DNA of 64,000 nt from the NCBI RefSeq assembly GCF_037042905.1, contig NC_087252.1:8806001-8870000 (forward strand), in the 5' to 3' direction. The notes beneath the pieces are model-generated. The model worked only from the letters and a program-made list of their open reading frames with translations, was not told the origin of the DNA and searched no databases. The position numbers were made by a program, and so were the translations under genes. This document shows positions 49,735 to 62,700 of the stretch, in pieces. The stretch comes from Lytechinus pictus. Taxonomy: Eukaryota. How positions within the stretch are numbered: position 1 is the stretch's first letter; each line of letters begins with the position of its first letter.

Positions 49735-50287
49735 TTAAGTATCAAATAAAGAGGTCTTTATTAACCATTATATTTAATTGAGTAAGTGAAATAAGAATCA
49801 CCTCCAGGTCGTCTTACAGGGCCTACCCCCCCCCCGTGCTAAACCCCAAATCCGCGCCTTAGCAACAACTTCATCTTCGATTTGGCACTTATCTGTTTAT
49901 AATGTATGCATTATCGGGTGCAAGCGAGAATCGTATGAAAGCCATCTTTTGGGAGAAAAATCAGATATTTTATTTACTGCTTTCAATAAAATTATTTCAA
50001 TGCTGCCTTCAGTGATTTACCTGACTTTTAACCATCATTCTCGTTAAAAATACTTTTTAAGACAATCATTTATCGCAATCAGTGTTCGTTTGAGTTCCAT
50101 TTCTCTCGAGATATAGTGATAAGTGCTGACAATAACAACAACAAAAACAAACTGTTTGTGCGTATCCCCTGAACTATTACAAATTTTTCATTTTGATAAA
50201 ATGCTAAGACAATTTATTGTTTAAAAACAACCATGATGAAACTATAGTCCGTTGCAAGATTTCTTAAGGTTATAGGCAGAGACCTAC

Positions 50288-50405
50288 CTTTAAAGAGCAC
50301 ATAGACGCTGTGAGATAATGGTGACCATGTGCAGGTGTACATGCCGGAAAAATTAGTAGATATTGGTTCCAACCTTTTCCGATGCAATCTGGGGCGGTGC
50401 CAATG
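50288..50405 (-). CDS. Second half of an Ig-like domain (exon)
   Basis: 118 nt, phase 0-1, T-rich CAG acceptor and GTAGG donor. HWHRPRLHRKRLEPISTNFSGMYTCTWSPLSHSVYVLFK contains the G-x-Y-x-C motif. Confidence 0.8.
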
Positions 50406-51149
50406 CTGAAAAAAAAAACGAATTCTTCATACTTTTACTAAAGTAGAATAAAAGTGATAATGATAAAAAGTTGTATAAACAGACCAGTCGTAATGATGTA
50501 ATCATTAATAATATACACCTGCTATTACAAAAGTTCATTATCCGAACGTGCAGATTGCGGGAAAATAAAACAAGTGGAGCAACTAGCTTAGGGCAATCTC
50601 GCCTATAGCAGCAGTGCTGACGTTGATAACGGCTATAGAATAATCATACACAAAAACCATTCATATGAAGATAACATGGATAAAGTACTATGATCATTAA
50701 ACTTAAATGACATTTGATCTTATGTGACCGAAAACTTGTGCAAGACGATCAGTGATACTTGATTTTCCTTATGTCCACATTTCATGAACTATATCCATAA
50801 ACTTTCAAAAGTATTATGATGGCAATTCAAAAAATATCCCCAACACGGCCAAAGTTCATTGACCTTGGTCATGTGACCTGAAACTCACGCAGATGTTCAC
50901 TGACGCTTTATTACTTTTGTGTTCAACTTTCATGAAATAGATCCATATACTTTTAGAATTATTATATTTAAGAAACTTAACCTTCGATGGGGATTTTGAT
51001 GTTGATCCCCCCCCCCTTGGTGTAAGTTCTTTGACCCTAAATGTCATTTGACCTTGATGTTCGGTTTGATTACCCTGAAGTCCAATAAGTTTCATTAACT
51101 AGGTCCATTAAAAAGTGAGAATTTTAATAATTTAAAGTGAGAATTTTTA

Positions 51150-52675
51150 TAATTATTTAGCAAAATTAATATTAGCATTCCTATTTCTTCTGGAATTGTG
51201 CCGGAATAATGTAACCTGGATGACAAAAGAGGGTGTTTCAAAAGAGATTCAATCATTAAAAAATAAACCTTCTTCTGGTATAGATGGCATTACTGCTCAA
51301 ATACTAAAAATGTCTGCACCAGCCATACTTCCATTATTAACTTTTTTTAATCAATAAATCACTACTAGACAGTACGTTCCCACATAAATACAAAATAGCA
51401 AAAGTTACTGTATTCCAGTTTACAAATCAGGTGATAAAATTAATCTTGTAACTGTAAACCAATCTCCATTTTATCTTCTATTTGAAAAATTATATAAAGA
51501 CTAGCTTGTATCCAACCAACTTGTTTGTTTGTATCTATTTCCATATAAAAAATAAAATATATATGCTCAATTTAACATAACGTACAGTTGAAGGATGGCC
51601 CATTTCAGCGGTATTAATAAAATACCACTGTTCTTCCATGGGGTCCTTTAAAACATAAATACATGCATATAAAACAAATATACACCAATATAAATAAAAC
51701 TCAATTGAATGCATGGCAGGAAGGAAAATCACCCAATCCTAACCACCCATTAAAAACTTAATTTGTACATGAAAGAAAATGAAATACTCTGTGTGGAACA
51801 GTCCGGATTTATAGAAAGAAACACTCAGCAATGACTTTTGAAAGTCACAGATGACTGGCTCAAGGCAATTGGCGAGGGTCTTTAATGGGGGCAGTATTCA
51901 TCGACCTGAAAAAGGCCTTCGACACTGGAGGTTGAAATCCTTATGAAGAAGCTAGCGAAGATTGGTGTTTCAGAAGATGCTTTGCACTGGTGTGAGAGTT
52001 ATTCATATAACCGGAACATATGTACATGTACCGAGAATATTACATAAAAATGATGTCTCAAGTATAGAGTATGGGATTCCGCAGGGTTTAACCCTAGTAA
52101 CAGGGGTGTGAGTGGTCACAAATAAAAAGATCTGAAAAAAGCTGAAGAGTATTGAAAAAGTCTGAAATAGAAAGAGCTCCCATACTTTTTGTACAGAGGA
52201 AAGCCAAATATAAGCTGAAAATCATAACAAAAACATCTGAAATCAGATAAAAATCTGAACTCTCACACCCCTGCCTAGTAATTTAAAGTAATTTAAAGTA
52301 TACAGTTATACTTCCCTTATTTGATTATGCTGATATTGTATACGAATCATCAAATAAGAAATATACTGAATGTCTTCAAAAAATTAAGAACAGAGCTGGC
52401 CGTATTATTTTGAATGCTAAAACGCAAAAATCGAATATCTAGGCCTATAGAGAAATACACCAACGACTTGAATGGAGGTATTACAATTACGAAGAAATAT
52501 CCATGTATATACAATGGTGTTCAAATCATTGAACGGCCTGGCTCCATTATACTTAGCAGATTCATTTCAATATTGTAACTACTTATATCATTTAAGAACC
52601 GTAGGTAATGTAATTTATGCCCAAACCAAATATAGAAAATTGCCGTAGAATGTTTATATGTTGAGGTTCACGCCA
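51150..52675 (+). pseudogene. Decayed CR1/L2-type LINE RT fragments with nested insertions
   Basis: KNKPSSGIDGITAQILKMSAPAI (about 51260), VFIDLKKAFDT (about 51894), GIPQG (about 52073) and FDYADIVY (about 52320). Confidence 0.75.
52101..52273. mobile_element. hAT-type MITE
   Basis: CAGGGGTGTGAG ... CTCACACCCCTG with perfect 8-bp TSD CCTAGTAA. Confidence 0.9.
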
Positions 52676-52679
52676 ATAT

Positions 52680-53617
52680 AAACTCCTCAAAAAAAGTTTG
52701 GAAATCTGACTTTGATCGATAATCATTCCTTGGTTCTAGTGAATATCAATGTGCAATTAATATCAATAAATAGATCATTTAAATTTCTTTAAAATGATAC
52801 CCTACATGATATGAGTATGGTTCACATAGAGGTGCAGTGCTTTGAAATGTGGGGCAAGGTCAAAATTCAAAAGTTGCAAAATGACACCATATTGAAAGTC
52901 ACTGTTTTTTTCCCCCGTGGTGATGAGTGACTTTCCCAGCCGTTTCTTTTGATTTTGATCGATAATCCCTCCTCGGTTTTAGTAAATATCAATGTGTAAC
53001 TGATATCAATTTAAATTTCCTTAAAATGATACCCTACATGATATGATTATGGTTCACATGGATGTGCAGTGCCTTGAAATGTGGGGCAAGGTTAAAATTC
53101 AAAGGTTGCAAAATGACACAATATTGAAAAGTCACTGTTCTTTTTTCCGTGGTGATGAGTGAGTTTCTCAGCAGTTTCATGCACCTTAACATCAACATTA
53201 ACATAGAATCAAATACATAACAAACAAACAAACAAACATGCATGGGTATTTCAAACCACGACTCAAACCATCTCCATAGAACCATCACTACATAAACCAC
53301 AACAAAAAATACAAAGCAGGGGGCTTGATTTGAATGGATTTTCATCTCTACATGTATTGACACAGACAAAAGAATCATGTTCTGTATTGACCCTTCATGA
53401 CTATTTCTGCTCGTTTTGCAGCTTTTCAATTCAGACCTCATCCAACACTTTTGAATCCTGCTCTTTTCGTGATGGCATGATCATAACAAGCATGGTTTCA
53501 TTTTAAAGAGAATTAAATGATCTTTTGAATAATGTCAAATATGCATTGTGTAAAATTGGGAGTTGGGAGAAATCAATGGCCAAACTCAAATTTCCTAACT
53601 TTTTTTGAGGGGTTTAT
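52680..53617 (+). mobile_element. Non-autonomous TA-flanked TIR element (Tc1/mariner-like), copy 1
   Basis: TATAAACTCCTCAAAAAAAGTT ... AACTTTTTTTGAGGGGTTTATA with an internal ~238-bp tandem duplication. An inverted second copy lies at 59713-63968. Confidence 0.8.
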
Positions 53618-54821
53618 ATAATGACTTACCTTTAGATATGAAATGTATATAAAACTTAACAACATTTATTACTTCTCTGAGCTCTAAGATTTCAAATTAC
53701 TTTGATCTCTGAGCAACGCGTTGTTTTGACGGGAAGGGGGGGGGGTGTATTTGCTTGAAGCTTGAACTCATAACTTTAACTTTAAATTTTGTTTTATGTC
53801 TATGGTCTAGTTTTTATTACTTTAGGTTTTGTTTAACAGTGCTCTTTTGTGCTTGTTAATAATGTTTATAATACAATTTGATCTATTCTATTACGTTCTG
53901 GATCCCTAGGCAGAACAGAGGGGTAATAATTACCACTCTGAGTGGGCAATCCAGCCATTCATATGTATTCATTTTATTTTGTAATTATATGTGATGCATT
54001 TTGCATGTTTTTATGAATGGAAAATAAATGCAATACAATATGGTACTTTCTTAGTTATGATATCATTTCAAAAACTGAACCTTGGTTAAGATTTGATGTT
54101 GACGACGCCGTCGCCGCCGTCGGAAAAGCGGCGCCTATAGTCTCACTCTGCTATGCAGGTGACACAAAAATCAATATAAGAACCTCATTTAGTTTTATTA
54201 TTTTAATAGAAATGTTCCCCCCCCCCTTGGGAATCCTGAATCCACACCTGGTTCCATATAAGCATGCTTTGAAAAATTAGTATCTGAATATAAAGACGGC
54301 CAAAGTCCATTTTTGGCAAAATTTAGTTAAATATGGAAAATTGTTCCTAATAAAATGATTCAGCTTTTTGTATAAAATCAATGATAAATCTGAAATCGTC
54401 TCAGAAAATGCCTTAAATAAAGAAGAAAAATTTGGTATGAGTGTAAGAAAATTCCAGGACTTGGGCTTTTCTTGCATTCGTATCATAGCACCCTCTCTCA
54501 TTTAATACTTCTACTACTTACTTCAGAAGTCTACCATATATGTATATATGAATGTAAGAATGACCCAAGTCCATATAATTAAAAACGACCCATTTCCACC
54601 AGACAAAAGGCCCCGCCCACGAGTAACGTGAATATTAGTGTTCGTACAAATATACACTTAAATTTGTTTTATGATGTTCTCTGATGTCATTTGGGCGAAT
54701 AAACTTTAATTTAAAAAATATAATTTTTTTCCGATTTTTTCGAAATGACCTCCTATGGACTTGGGCCTTTTTATATTCATAAAACTTAAAGGACAAAATG
54801 TTAGGCCTACTTAGTCATTAC

Positions 54822-55003
54822 CTTTAAATCTCTATCATTCCTTAGAGGAGTTGTTAATCGAGGCCGTGTAAAGCTAAACCTTGGGATTTTGCAAACAACG
54901 TCGAGATGTCTCGTATCTCCTCGATGTACGTACACCACAACTGTACCATTAGGAGCTACCTCACGCCTGGCACCAGCGAATAACACCTTGGTCTGAACCT
55001 CTC
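54822..55003 (-). CDS. First half of an Ig-like domain (exon)
   Basis: 182 nt, phase 1-0, TTGTCAG acceptor and GTAATG donor. Reads GEVQTKVLFAGARREVAPNGTVVVYVHRGDTRHLDVVCKIP...DLK and joins in phase to 50288-50405. Confidence 0.75.
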
Positions 55004-55229
55004 CTGACAAGAAATATTTGGACCATGATGAAACAAAATATGAAATTAGTTGATAAATTGAAATCCATTTTAGATTAAAATAGTGCACCCTGACTGAAAA
55101 ACACATTAAAAAACCCGTCAGTAACAATTAACCCTCTTTGTCCGTCCGCATCGGCCTTGACCATAGGCCTATACAGACTCTTACCAAGATAATTTCATAG
55201 GACAATTCATTCTAACGTCATACTCATAC

Positions 55230-55358
55230 CGGTGAAAGCAACCCCAAACCGGCCAAATATTTTACCGCTATTCCCATTGACAACCTTCGGTAGTTTGGAG
55301 TCGGTTTTGTTGATATGACTGTGTCGCATTGGACAATCATATAAGGTTGTGCATGATC
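55230..55358 (-). CDS. Possible further upstream exon of the Ig-CCP gene
   Basis: Donor GTATGA at 55229. The phase-1 frame GSCTTLYDCPMRHS...FGVAFT is open. The acceptor is uncertain (exon start at 55358 or 55380) and no domain was recognised. Confidence 0.4.
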
Positions 55359-55501
55359 CTGTACAAGACACGCTACCCACCTAAGTTTGTTCGGATCGCC
55401 CAAAAATTCCATGACGGCATGGTTACTCACAATTAACGTGGTCAATGGTGTCAAGGTATAATGTATGTTATCTTTTCCCACTTTCTTTAGGCTCTTTTAT
55501 G

Positions 55502-55536
<35 letters not shown>

Positions 55537-55559
55537 GGGGGGGGAGAGAGAGAAAGAGA

Positions 55560-56173
55560 GAGAACAATGGTAGGCGTAGCTTAAATCAAGGTTCCCCAGA
55601 GTTATCTACCCTTTGGAAAAATTGGTGATGCCGAAAATATGTCTCTGCCGGGAATCGAACCCGGGCCCCCAGCTTTGAACGCCGGTGCCTTAACTACTAG
55701 ACCACAGAGGCGGGTTGGTGGCTAGGGCGACCCCGATCCGATTGACCGTCAGATATACAGATTTTCGACACTATACCAATTATAATTTCCCTTGTCGGGT
55801 GAAGGTGGGTTTTGAACAATGACAAGCCGCCATGCCTCAGCTGGATATACAAATGTGTGAATTATACATGTACAACAGCTTTGGCAACTCTTTTATTTAA
55901 ATATTGTAAAGAAATGAATGAAGAGAACAATGGTAGGCGTAGGCGTTTCCTATGTGGTCTAGTGGTTAAGGCACCGGCGTTCAAAGCTGGGGGCCGGGGT
56001 TCGATTCCCGGCAGAGAAATTTTTTTCGGCATCACCAATTTTTCCAAAGGGTAGGTAGATAGCTCTGGGGAACCTTGATTTAAGCTACGCCTACCATAGT
56101 TCTCTTCATTCATTTCTTTACAATATTTAAATAAAAGAGTTGCCAAAGCTGTTGTACATGTATAAATTCACAC

Positions 56174-56178
<5 letters not shown>
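55560..56178. mobile_element. Direct-plus-inverted repeat element with tRNA-Glu-like cassette, inserted in microsatellites
   Basis: A minus-orientation unit of about 363 bp is bounded by direct GAGAACAATGGTAGGCGTAG. An inverted partial copy follows (55943-56178). Flanked by (TA)n/(GA)n and (TA)n. Confidence 0.8.
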
Positions 56179-56261
<83 letters not shown>

Positions 56262-56284
56262 ATACATATATATACATATACATT

Positions 56285-56336
<52 letters not shown>
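56178..56336. repeat. (TA)n microsatellite
   Basis: About 160 bp of imperfect TA repeat. Confidence 0.97.
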
Positions 56337-56338
<2 letters not shown>

Positions 56339-56342
<4 letters not shown>

Positions 56343-59128
56343 ACAAAAAAAGTAAATCCCCCCTAAATGAAATTGCTGTAACTTTTGAACGGAATTATTT
56401 TGAGATATGATATTTTGTAGGTGGTTTTCTACACTCATTGAGCAACTCCTGGTGAAAAATGAGAGTGAACGGTCATGGATGAGTAAAAAAAAGATTGAAT
56501 AAAAAATGACCATTTTTGAAAGTCACAAGAGTCGTTTTTCAGATTGTGCAATTACAAAGTTGGGCAAAAGTTGTTTTTAGGTGAATTTTATGGTGTTAAG
56601 CGGTTTTACTATCCATCTTTTAGCCAGTCCACACACAATTTTGAGATCGAATGTTAATGGTTCAGTGAGCACAATGTATTACAAGGGCCCCCTCCCCACT
56701 TTTTTCGAAAAGCATGTAAAAAAAAAAAACAACAACAACAACATACGATTGTGATTTTGTGCATGGTCAGCCCCCCCCCCTCCCCCACTTTGAAAACCGT
56801 TCCGCGGCCCCTGTATTGTGACGTATCATCATTGGGGTTTATGGTAGTATCCTCTACAACTTGTTAGATCATGTTAACATTTGAAAATGTTCTCCCCCGA
56901 TTATAGGCCCCTCCCCCATTTTAAAATTCTGGATCCACCACTGATTTGTTCACAAATTAAACTGATCATGAGAAATTGTTAGGAAAAGAATACATTTATA
57001 CAGTATAAAGAGTATTCATTCCTAAGTTTTCGAATGTGCTCGCTCAACCATGTAAATGTGTAAAGTTCGGAAAGTGTGTGGTGATAGAAATGATGGATGA
57101 TAAAAACTACAGCAATTAAAGTCACATTTGAATCCGAATTTGCCCCCAATATTCACTTTATTACCCTTTAACCCTAATTCTCCCTCAACAATTTTCGCGA
57201 TATATCTGCTGCGCAAAATTTTTTGACCTCGCCGCGCACTGACTTTTTACTTTCAAGTCTCGCGCAAATTTTGAGACCAAATTTGTGACGCCCGGGTACG
57301 CGGTTACGACATTACGCAACATTATGTAAGTGAATGTCAGACCCCAAATTGCTCATAAACGTGATTTCATGTACAAATCCAATGCAGATTGTGTATTAGC
57401 CAAAATTCATGAATGTATCATTATTTCTACTTTTACTGATAAACTTAATTAATTTTGCCTTGTTTATGATCAGAATTAATTCTGGAACGATTTCCATCGA
57501 AAAAACAATAAAAAACAAAAAGTAAAAAAAACTGAGAAATACATAAGAAATTTTAAAAAACAATAATAAAATACATAAGAAATCGGTCTTGGTACCAAAA
57601 TGTTTTTCATTCACAATGGTTAGGAATGCTTTAAAGAATATTTTCACAAAAAATAGCATTCTAGGAGCTTTATTTAGTGAATCAGATCAAAAAGTATGAT
57701 TTCATGAATAAATTAGCATAATTAATTCATATTTAAAAAAATATATGAATTTAGTGAAATTTACCAATGCAACTGCGTAGATTACGTCATTCTCTACCAT
57801 CATGCAAATTTTCGTTGTGATCGCGCAATCCGCGGCTAAGATCTTAAGGGGGGGGGGGCAAATCCCCCCCCCCCCCGGAATGACAAGAATCAAAAATACC
57901 CCGGGAGATTTAGGGTTAAAATGAGTCTGTGACATTGAAAATACCAATTTTCCCACTTTGATGCGTGCTCACTCATCCATAAATAACAAATCGATTTCAT
58001 TTTCGTACAGAATTCTGCCCATAGGTTGATAAACATTACTGCCAAATGACATTGCTAAAGACAGCCTTGAAAAAAAGTTCCACTATATTGAATAAGGGGT
58101 TACTTATTCTTAAACATATGCACCCATAATGTACACAAGTCTATGAAAGAGGAAGTCAAAATTTTAACAAATATGAAATGAGGGTTTATTTCATGGCCGG
58201 TTTTTGTTACTTCTGCCAACAGTTATTTCATGAAACTTCGCAAATGGCTTCAGAGTAACACTATCCAAAAGGCACGCACACCAAAATAACCATTCGATAC
58301 GGCACAGAGTGGGGCCAAGGCCTTGAACTTTCTTCTCATTTGCATAATTTTCGAATGCTGTGTGCTCACTGATGCATTAAACACCAGGATTTTCATACAA
58401 ATCAAATCGAATGAACTATGCAAGGAGGTTTGTGATACATATCCAGAGTTAAAAATTGCATTTTTTTCAATAACGTAAATAAGAGCTTATCACATTCCAC
58501 ATGTTCATTCAAGCGTGAATGTTTAATCAAACGCCTTTGAATCATTGAAGCATGTTAATTGGTCATGCACATAACGAAAAATTTGATAAAAGATCATTTT
58601 TAGTTACCAAAATGAAAAAATACTTGCCTATGATATTTGAAAATCGTATTTTTTGTTTTCAATAAATGTTCATTGAACCGTGAAACGATGAATATTGTTA
58701 AAGATACTCTTCCCCAAAAAAACTGTCATCATATTCTATCATTTTTATTGATGAAAATGTGTAAAAAATCCAATTATAGCAAATTTGGACTTTTGTTTAT
58801 TCAACCGTGAAATTTAGCCCCAAAAATGTATCGTCTTTTAGAAAGTACCGTTTAAAAGCCATCTGACTATTTTTCATGATGAGAATGTGGAATCAGTTCC
58901 AATAAAATGGAATCAAAGTCATGATTTTTGGCTTGTGACTTTTGAAAAGTGACATTTTTGCCTTCTGACGGTGCTCACTGAAGCATGACGTAAAATACGT
59001 CCATAACATTTACTCAGAGGGTAGCTTATAAAATTATACCTACACGCTCATGTAAAAATATATCAAAAACTCGCATTGGTTCGGAAATTATTGATGTTTG
59101 TTCAAGGGGGACTTACCTTTTTGTTGTG
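56339..59128. mobile_element. Non-autonomous Tc1/mariner-like element
   Basis: CACAACAAAAAAAGTAAATCCCCC ... GGGGGACTTACCTTTTTGTTGTG|TA. Confidence 0.75.
57172..57915. mobile_element. Non-autonomous piggyBac-like element nested in the above
   Basis: TTAA|CCCTAATTCTCC ... GGAGATTTAGGG|TTAA; the interior is homologous (inverted) to 7444-8163. Confidence 0.82.
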
Positions 59129-59240
59129 TATATTTAATGACTGTACGAAACTGCAGTTACTAAAAAGTGCTCAACTACATGTACATGTAGAAGCTTAATG
59201 TAGTATAATAATAGGGTGGAGCGAGTTGCTTAGATTTTAG

Positions 59241-59280
59241 TTGTACAGACTGTTTCCCCCTGAGGGTTCATCAGTAACAA
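59241..59280 (-). ncRNA. Minimal hammerhead ribozyme motif
   Basis: TTGTTA-CTGATGA-A-CCC-TCAG-GGG-GAAA-CA-GTC-TGTACAA: canonical CUGAUGA and GAAA boxes, GUC triplet, very short stem III and bulged stem I. Confidence 0.65.
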
Positions 59281-59376
59281 AATCAAATTTAATGTTGAAC
59301 TAAAGTACAGCTAAATAGAACAATAACTCAAGTGCAGTCAGGCATACAAACAAAAGACAAAAAGTACGGGGAACTG

Positions 59377-59710
59377 TTCAAAACTTACCTACACCCGACA
59401 AAGGAAATTTAATTGGTGGTGTCAAGGATCTGTTTATCTGACAGTCAATCGGATCGGAGTCGCCTTAGCCGCTAACCTCTCTCTGTGGTCTAGTGGTTAA
59501 GGGACCGGCATTCGAAGCTGGGGGCTAGGGTTCGATTCCCGGCAGAGAATTTTTTTTTCGGCATCACCAGATTTTCCAAGTGGCAGATTGCTCTGAGGAA
59601 CCTTGATTTAAGCTACGCCTACCATTGTTCTCTTCATTCAGCTCTTTCACAATATATTCAAATACAAGAGTTGCCAAAGCTGTTGTACATGTATAAGTTT
59701 TCACATTTAT
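59377..59710 (+). mobile_element. Diverged copy of the tRNA-Glu-like-cassette element
   Basis: Colinear with the 55560-56178 unit from TGTTCAAAAC through the tRNA-like region (about 59479-59549) to ...CACATTTATA. Confidence 0.8.
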
Positions 59711-59712
59711 AT

Positions 59713-62700
59713 AAACCCCTCAAAAAATGTTTGGAAATCTGTGTTTGGCCATTGATTTCCCCAAACTCCCAATTTCACACAATGCATATTTTACATCATT
59801 CAAAAAATCATTTAATTTTTTTTTTTATGAAACCATGCTTGCTATGATCATGCCATTATGAAAAGAGCAGGATTCAAAAGTGTTGGATGAGGTCTGAATT
59901 GAAAAGCTGCAAAACGAGCAAAAATAGAATGGAAATCTGTGGTTGGCCATTAATATCTCCCAATTTTACCCAATGCATATTTGACATGTTTGATATTATT
60001 CAAAAGATCATTTAATTCTCTTTAAAATGATACCATGCTTGTTATGATCATGCCATCACGAAAAGAGCAGGATTCAAAAGTGTTGGATGAGGTCTGAATT
60101 GAAAAGCTGCAAAACGAGCAGAAATAGTCATGAAGGGTCAATACAGAACATGATTCTTTTGTCTGTAGACGGGTCAATATACGACCAAAAATACCCTCAC
60201 CCGGAACAAATTGCAGCAAATTATTTTTCAACGGCTTTTTTGTATATTTGATCTCAAGAATAACATACTAAAAATCTACTAAAATTCGCATCCGGGAAAG
60301 TGGTTATTTTCAAGATGGCGTCCAAGATGGCCGACATTCACTGAAAATGGATACATCTGACTCATTATCCACCCTAGAATCCTATTTCGATTCATATTCC
60401 ATGGTCTAGGGGGTAAAACAAATGTTGATACAGGTTAGAGTGAATTGTAAACCCTCCAGTGTACCTGGCAAATCCAAGATGGCGCCAAAAATGGCTGCCG
60501 TAGGCTGAAAATCCACAATTCATCTAAGTGGCTTTAATTTGGTTTTTATTCAATGGTTTTAAGGGTGAAGTAGTAGATTGGAACAAGTTAAAAGGACAGC
60601 CAGTGGTATGGTGTGTCAAAAATCCAAGGAGGTGTCCAAAAATCCAAGATGGCTTCCCAAAATAAAGTTTAAAATGGCTGTTGACAATTGAAATGGACAG
60701 AGTTTATTTCATATCCACCTGAGACATAATGATTTTGGTGTCTAGCCCATGTTTTCAATGGTCAAATAAGACACTAAGACAAGGACAGTCAGTGGTCCAG
60801 TATGTTCAAAAATCCAAGATGGCTTCCAAAAATGGAGTCTGAAATTGTTGTTGCTACTTAAGAAAAAAACCGACATAGTTTCTCAATATTCAGAAATATG
60901 ATTTTTGTGTCTATAACATGGTTAAATGGGTCAAATAATACATTGGGACAAGTTATAAGGAAATTCAGTAGTCTGGTATGTGCAAAAATCCGTGATGGAT
61001 TCCAAAAATTGATTCTGAAATGGCTGCTAATACTTAAAGCGGACATAGCTCATTTCATTTTGGCCTGGGAAATGTTATTTTGATGTCTAAACCACTGGTT
61101 TAAAGGGTCATTTCATACATTAGGGCAATTTACACGGACAGTCAGTGGCCTGGTAATTCAAAAAATCTACATTGGCTTCCAAAAATTAATTATAAATTGA
61201 CTGATGTTACTTAAAGCGGACACAGTGTATTTCATATCGGCTTGGGAGATGCGATTTTGGTGTCTAAACCACTGGTTTCAAGGGTCAAAATAATACATTA
61301 GGACAAGTTTTAAGGACAGTCAGTGGTCTGGAATGACCCGAAATCCAACATGGCTTCCAAAAACTAAAATGGCAGCTGATACTTAAAAGTGGCATAGCTC
61401 ATTTTTTATCCGCCTGTGATATTTGATTTCGGTGTCTAAAATATGGTTTCAAGGGTCAAAATTACGACAAGTCAAGTGACAGTCAGTGGACTAGTATGTC
61501 AAAAATTCCAAGTAAGATATTGGGTTAAGTTTAAAGGACAGCCAGGTGTCCAAAAATCGAAGATGGCTTTAAAAACAGGGGTTTAATATGACTGTTGTTA
61601 CTTGAGGATATTATTTTGGTGTCTACACTAGGGTTTCAAGGGCCAAAAATACTTTGGGACTGGTTACCATGATAATATGCAGTTATCCATTTTTCCTTAA
61701 AATCCAAGTTGGCTTCAAAAATGGGTTCCAAAGTGACTGCTGTTACTTAAAATGGACATAGAAATGATGAAATTTTAGAATCCATCATGGATTTTTTTTT
61801 GACAAAATGTAATACAAACCATCCTTGTTGCTTGTCCAAATGTATTATTTGATCGTTCATCCCACAATTTAGACCCCGACATCATTTCTTACAGATAGAT
61901 ATTGTAAGAATGGCCATTATTGAGTGATATGAGTCGTTTTAGATGCCTTTTTGAAAAGCCTCTTGGATATTTAGGCAAACTTGACAACTGCATATCAATG
62001 TTACCAGTCCAAACGTATTATTTTAACCGTGAGGACTCCGAAATCACATCTCCTTGGTGGATTTTAAATGAACTATGTCCATTTTTTTAATATAAGCAGT
62101 CATTTTAGACTTCGATTTTGGAAGCCATCTTGGATTTTGGACATACTGGACCACTGACTGTCCTTTTCACTAATTTTCTGACTTTTAAACCCATGGTATA
62201 GACATCAAAATCATATGCCCTTGACGGATATTACATGAACTATGTCCATTTGTAAATACCAGCGGCTAATTTACACTATTTTTTAAACCACCATGGAATT
62301 TTTTACATACTTGACCACCCATCGTCCTTGTAACTTATCCCAATGTATTTAACCATGGTATAGGCACACAAATCATATTCCCGGATATTGAACAAACTAT
62401 GTTGGTTTTGTTTAAGTAGCAACAGCATATTCTGCTCCATTTTTGGAAGCCATCTTGGATTTGTGAACATACAGGACCACTGACTGTCCTTGTAACTTGT
62501 TCCAATGTATTATTTGACCATTTAAACCATCTTTTAGACACCAAAATCATATTTCCCAGGTGGATATGTTATGAGCTATGTCTATTTAAGTATTAACAAC
62601 CATTTTAAACTCAATTTTTGAAAGCCGTCTTGGATTTTTGGACATTATAATTATAGCCTAATAACTTGTCCCGATGTACTACTTCACCATTAAAACCATT

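Noticed and set aside
55948..56018. Genuine tRNA-Sec or tRNA-Glu gene
   Set aside because: Embedded in a repeated element, atypical anticodon loop, no long variable arm, and the triplet differs between copies.
56127..56513. YIYI repeat ORFs
   Set aside because: Translation of (TA)n.
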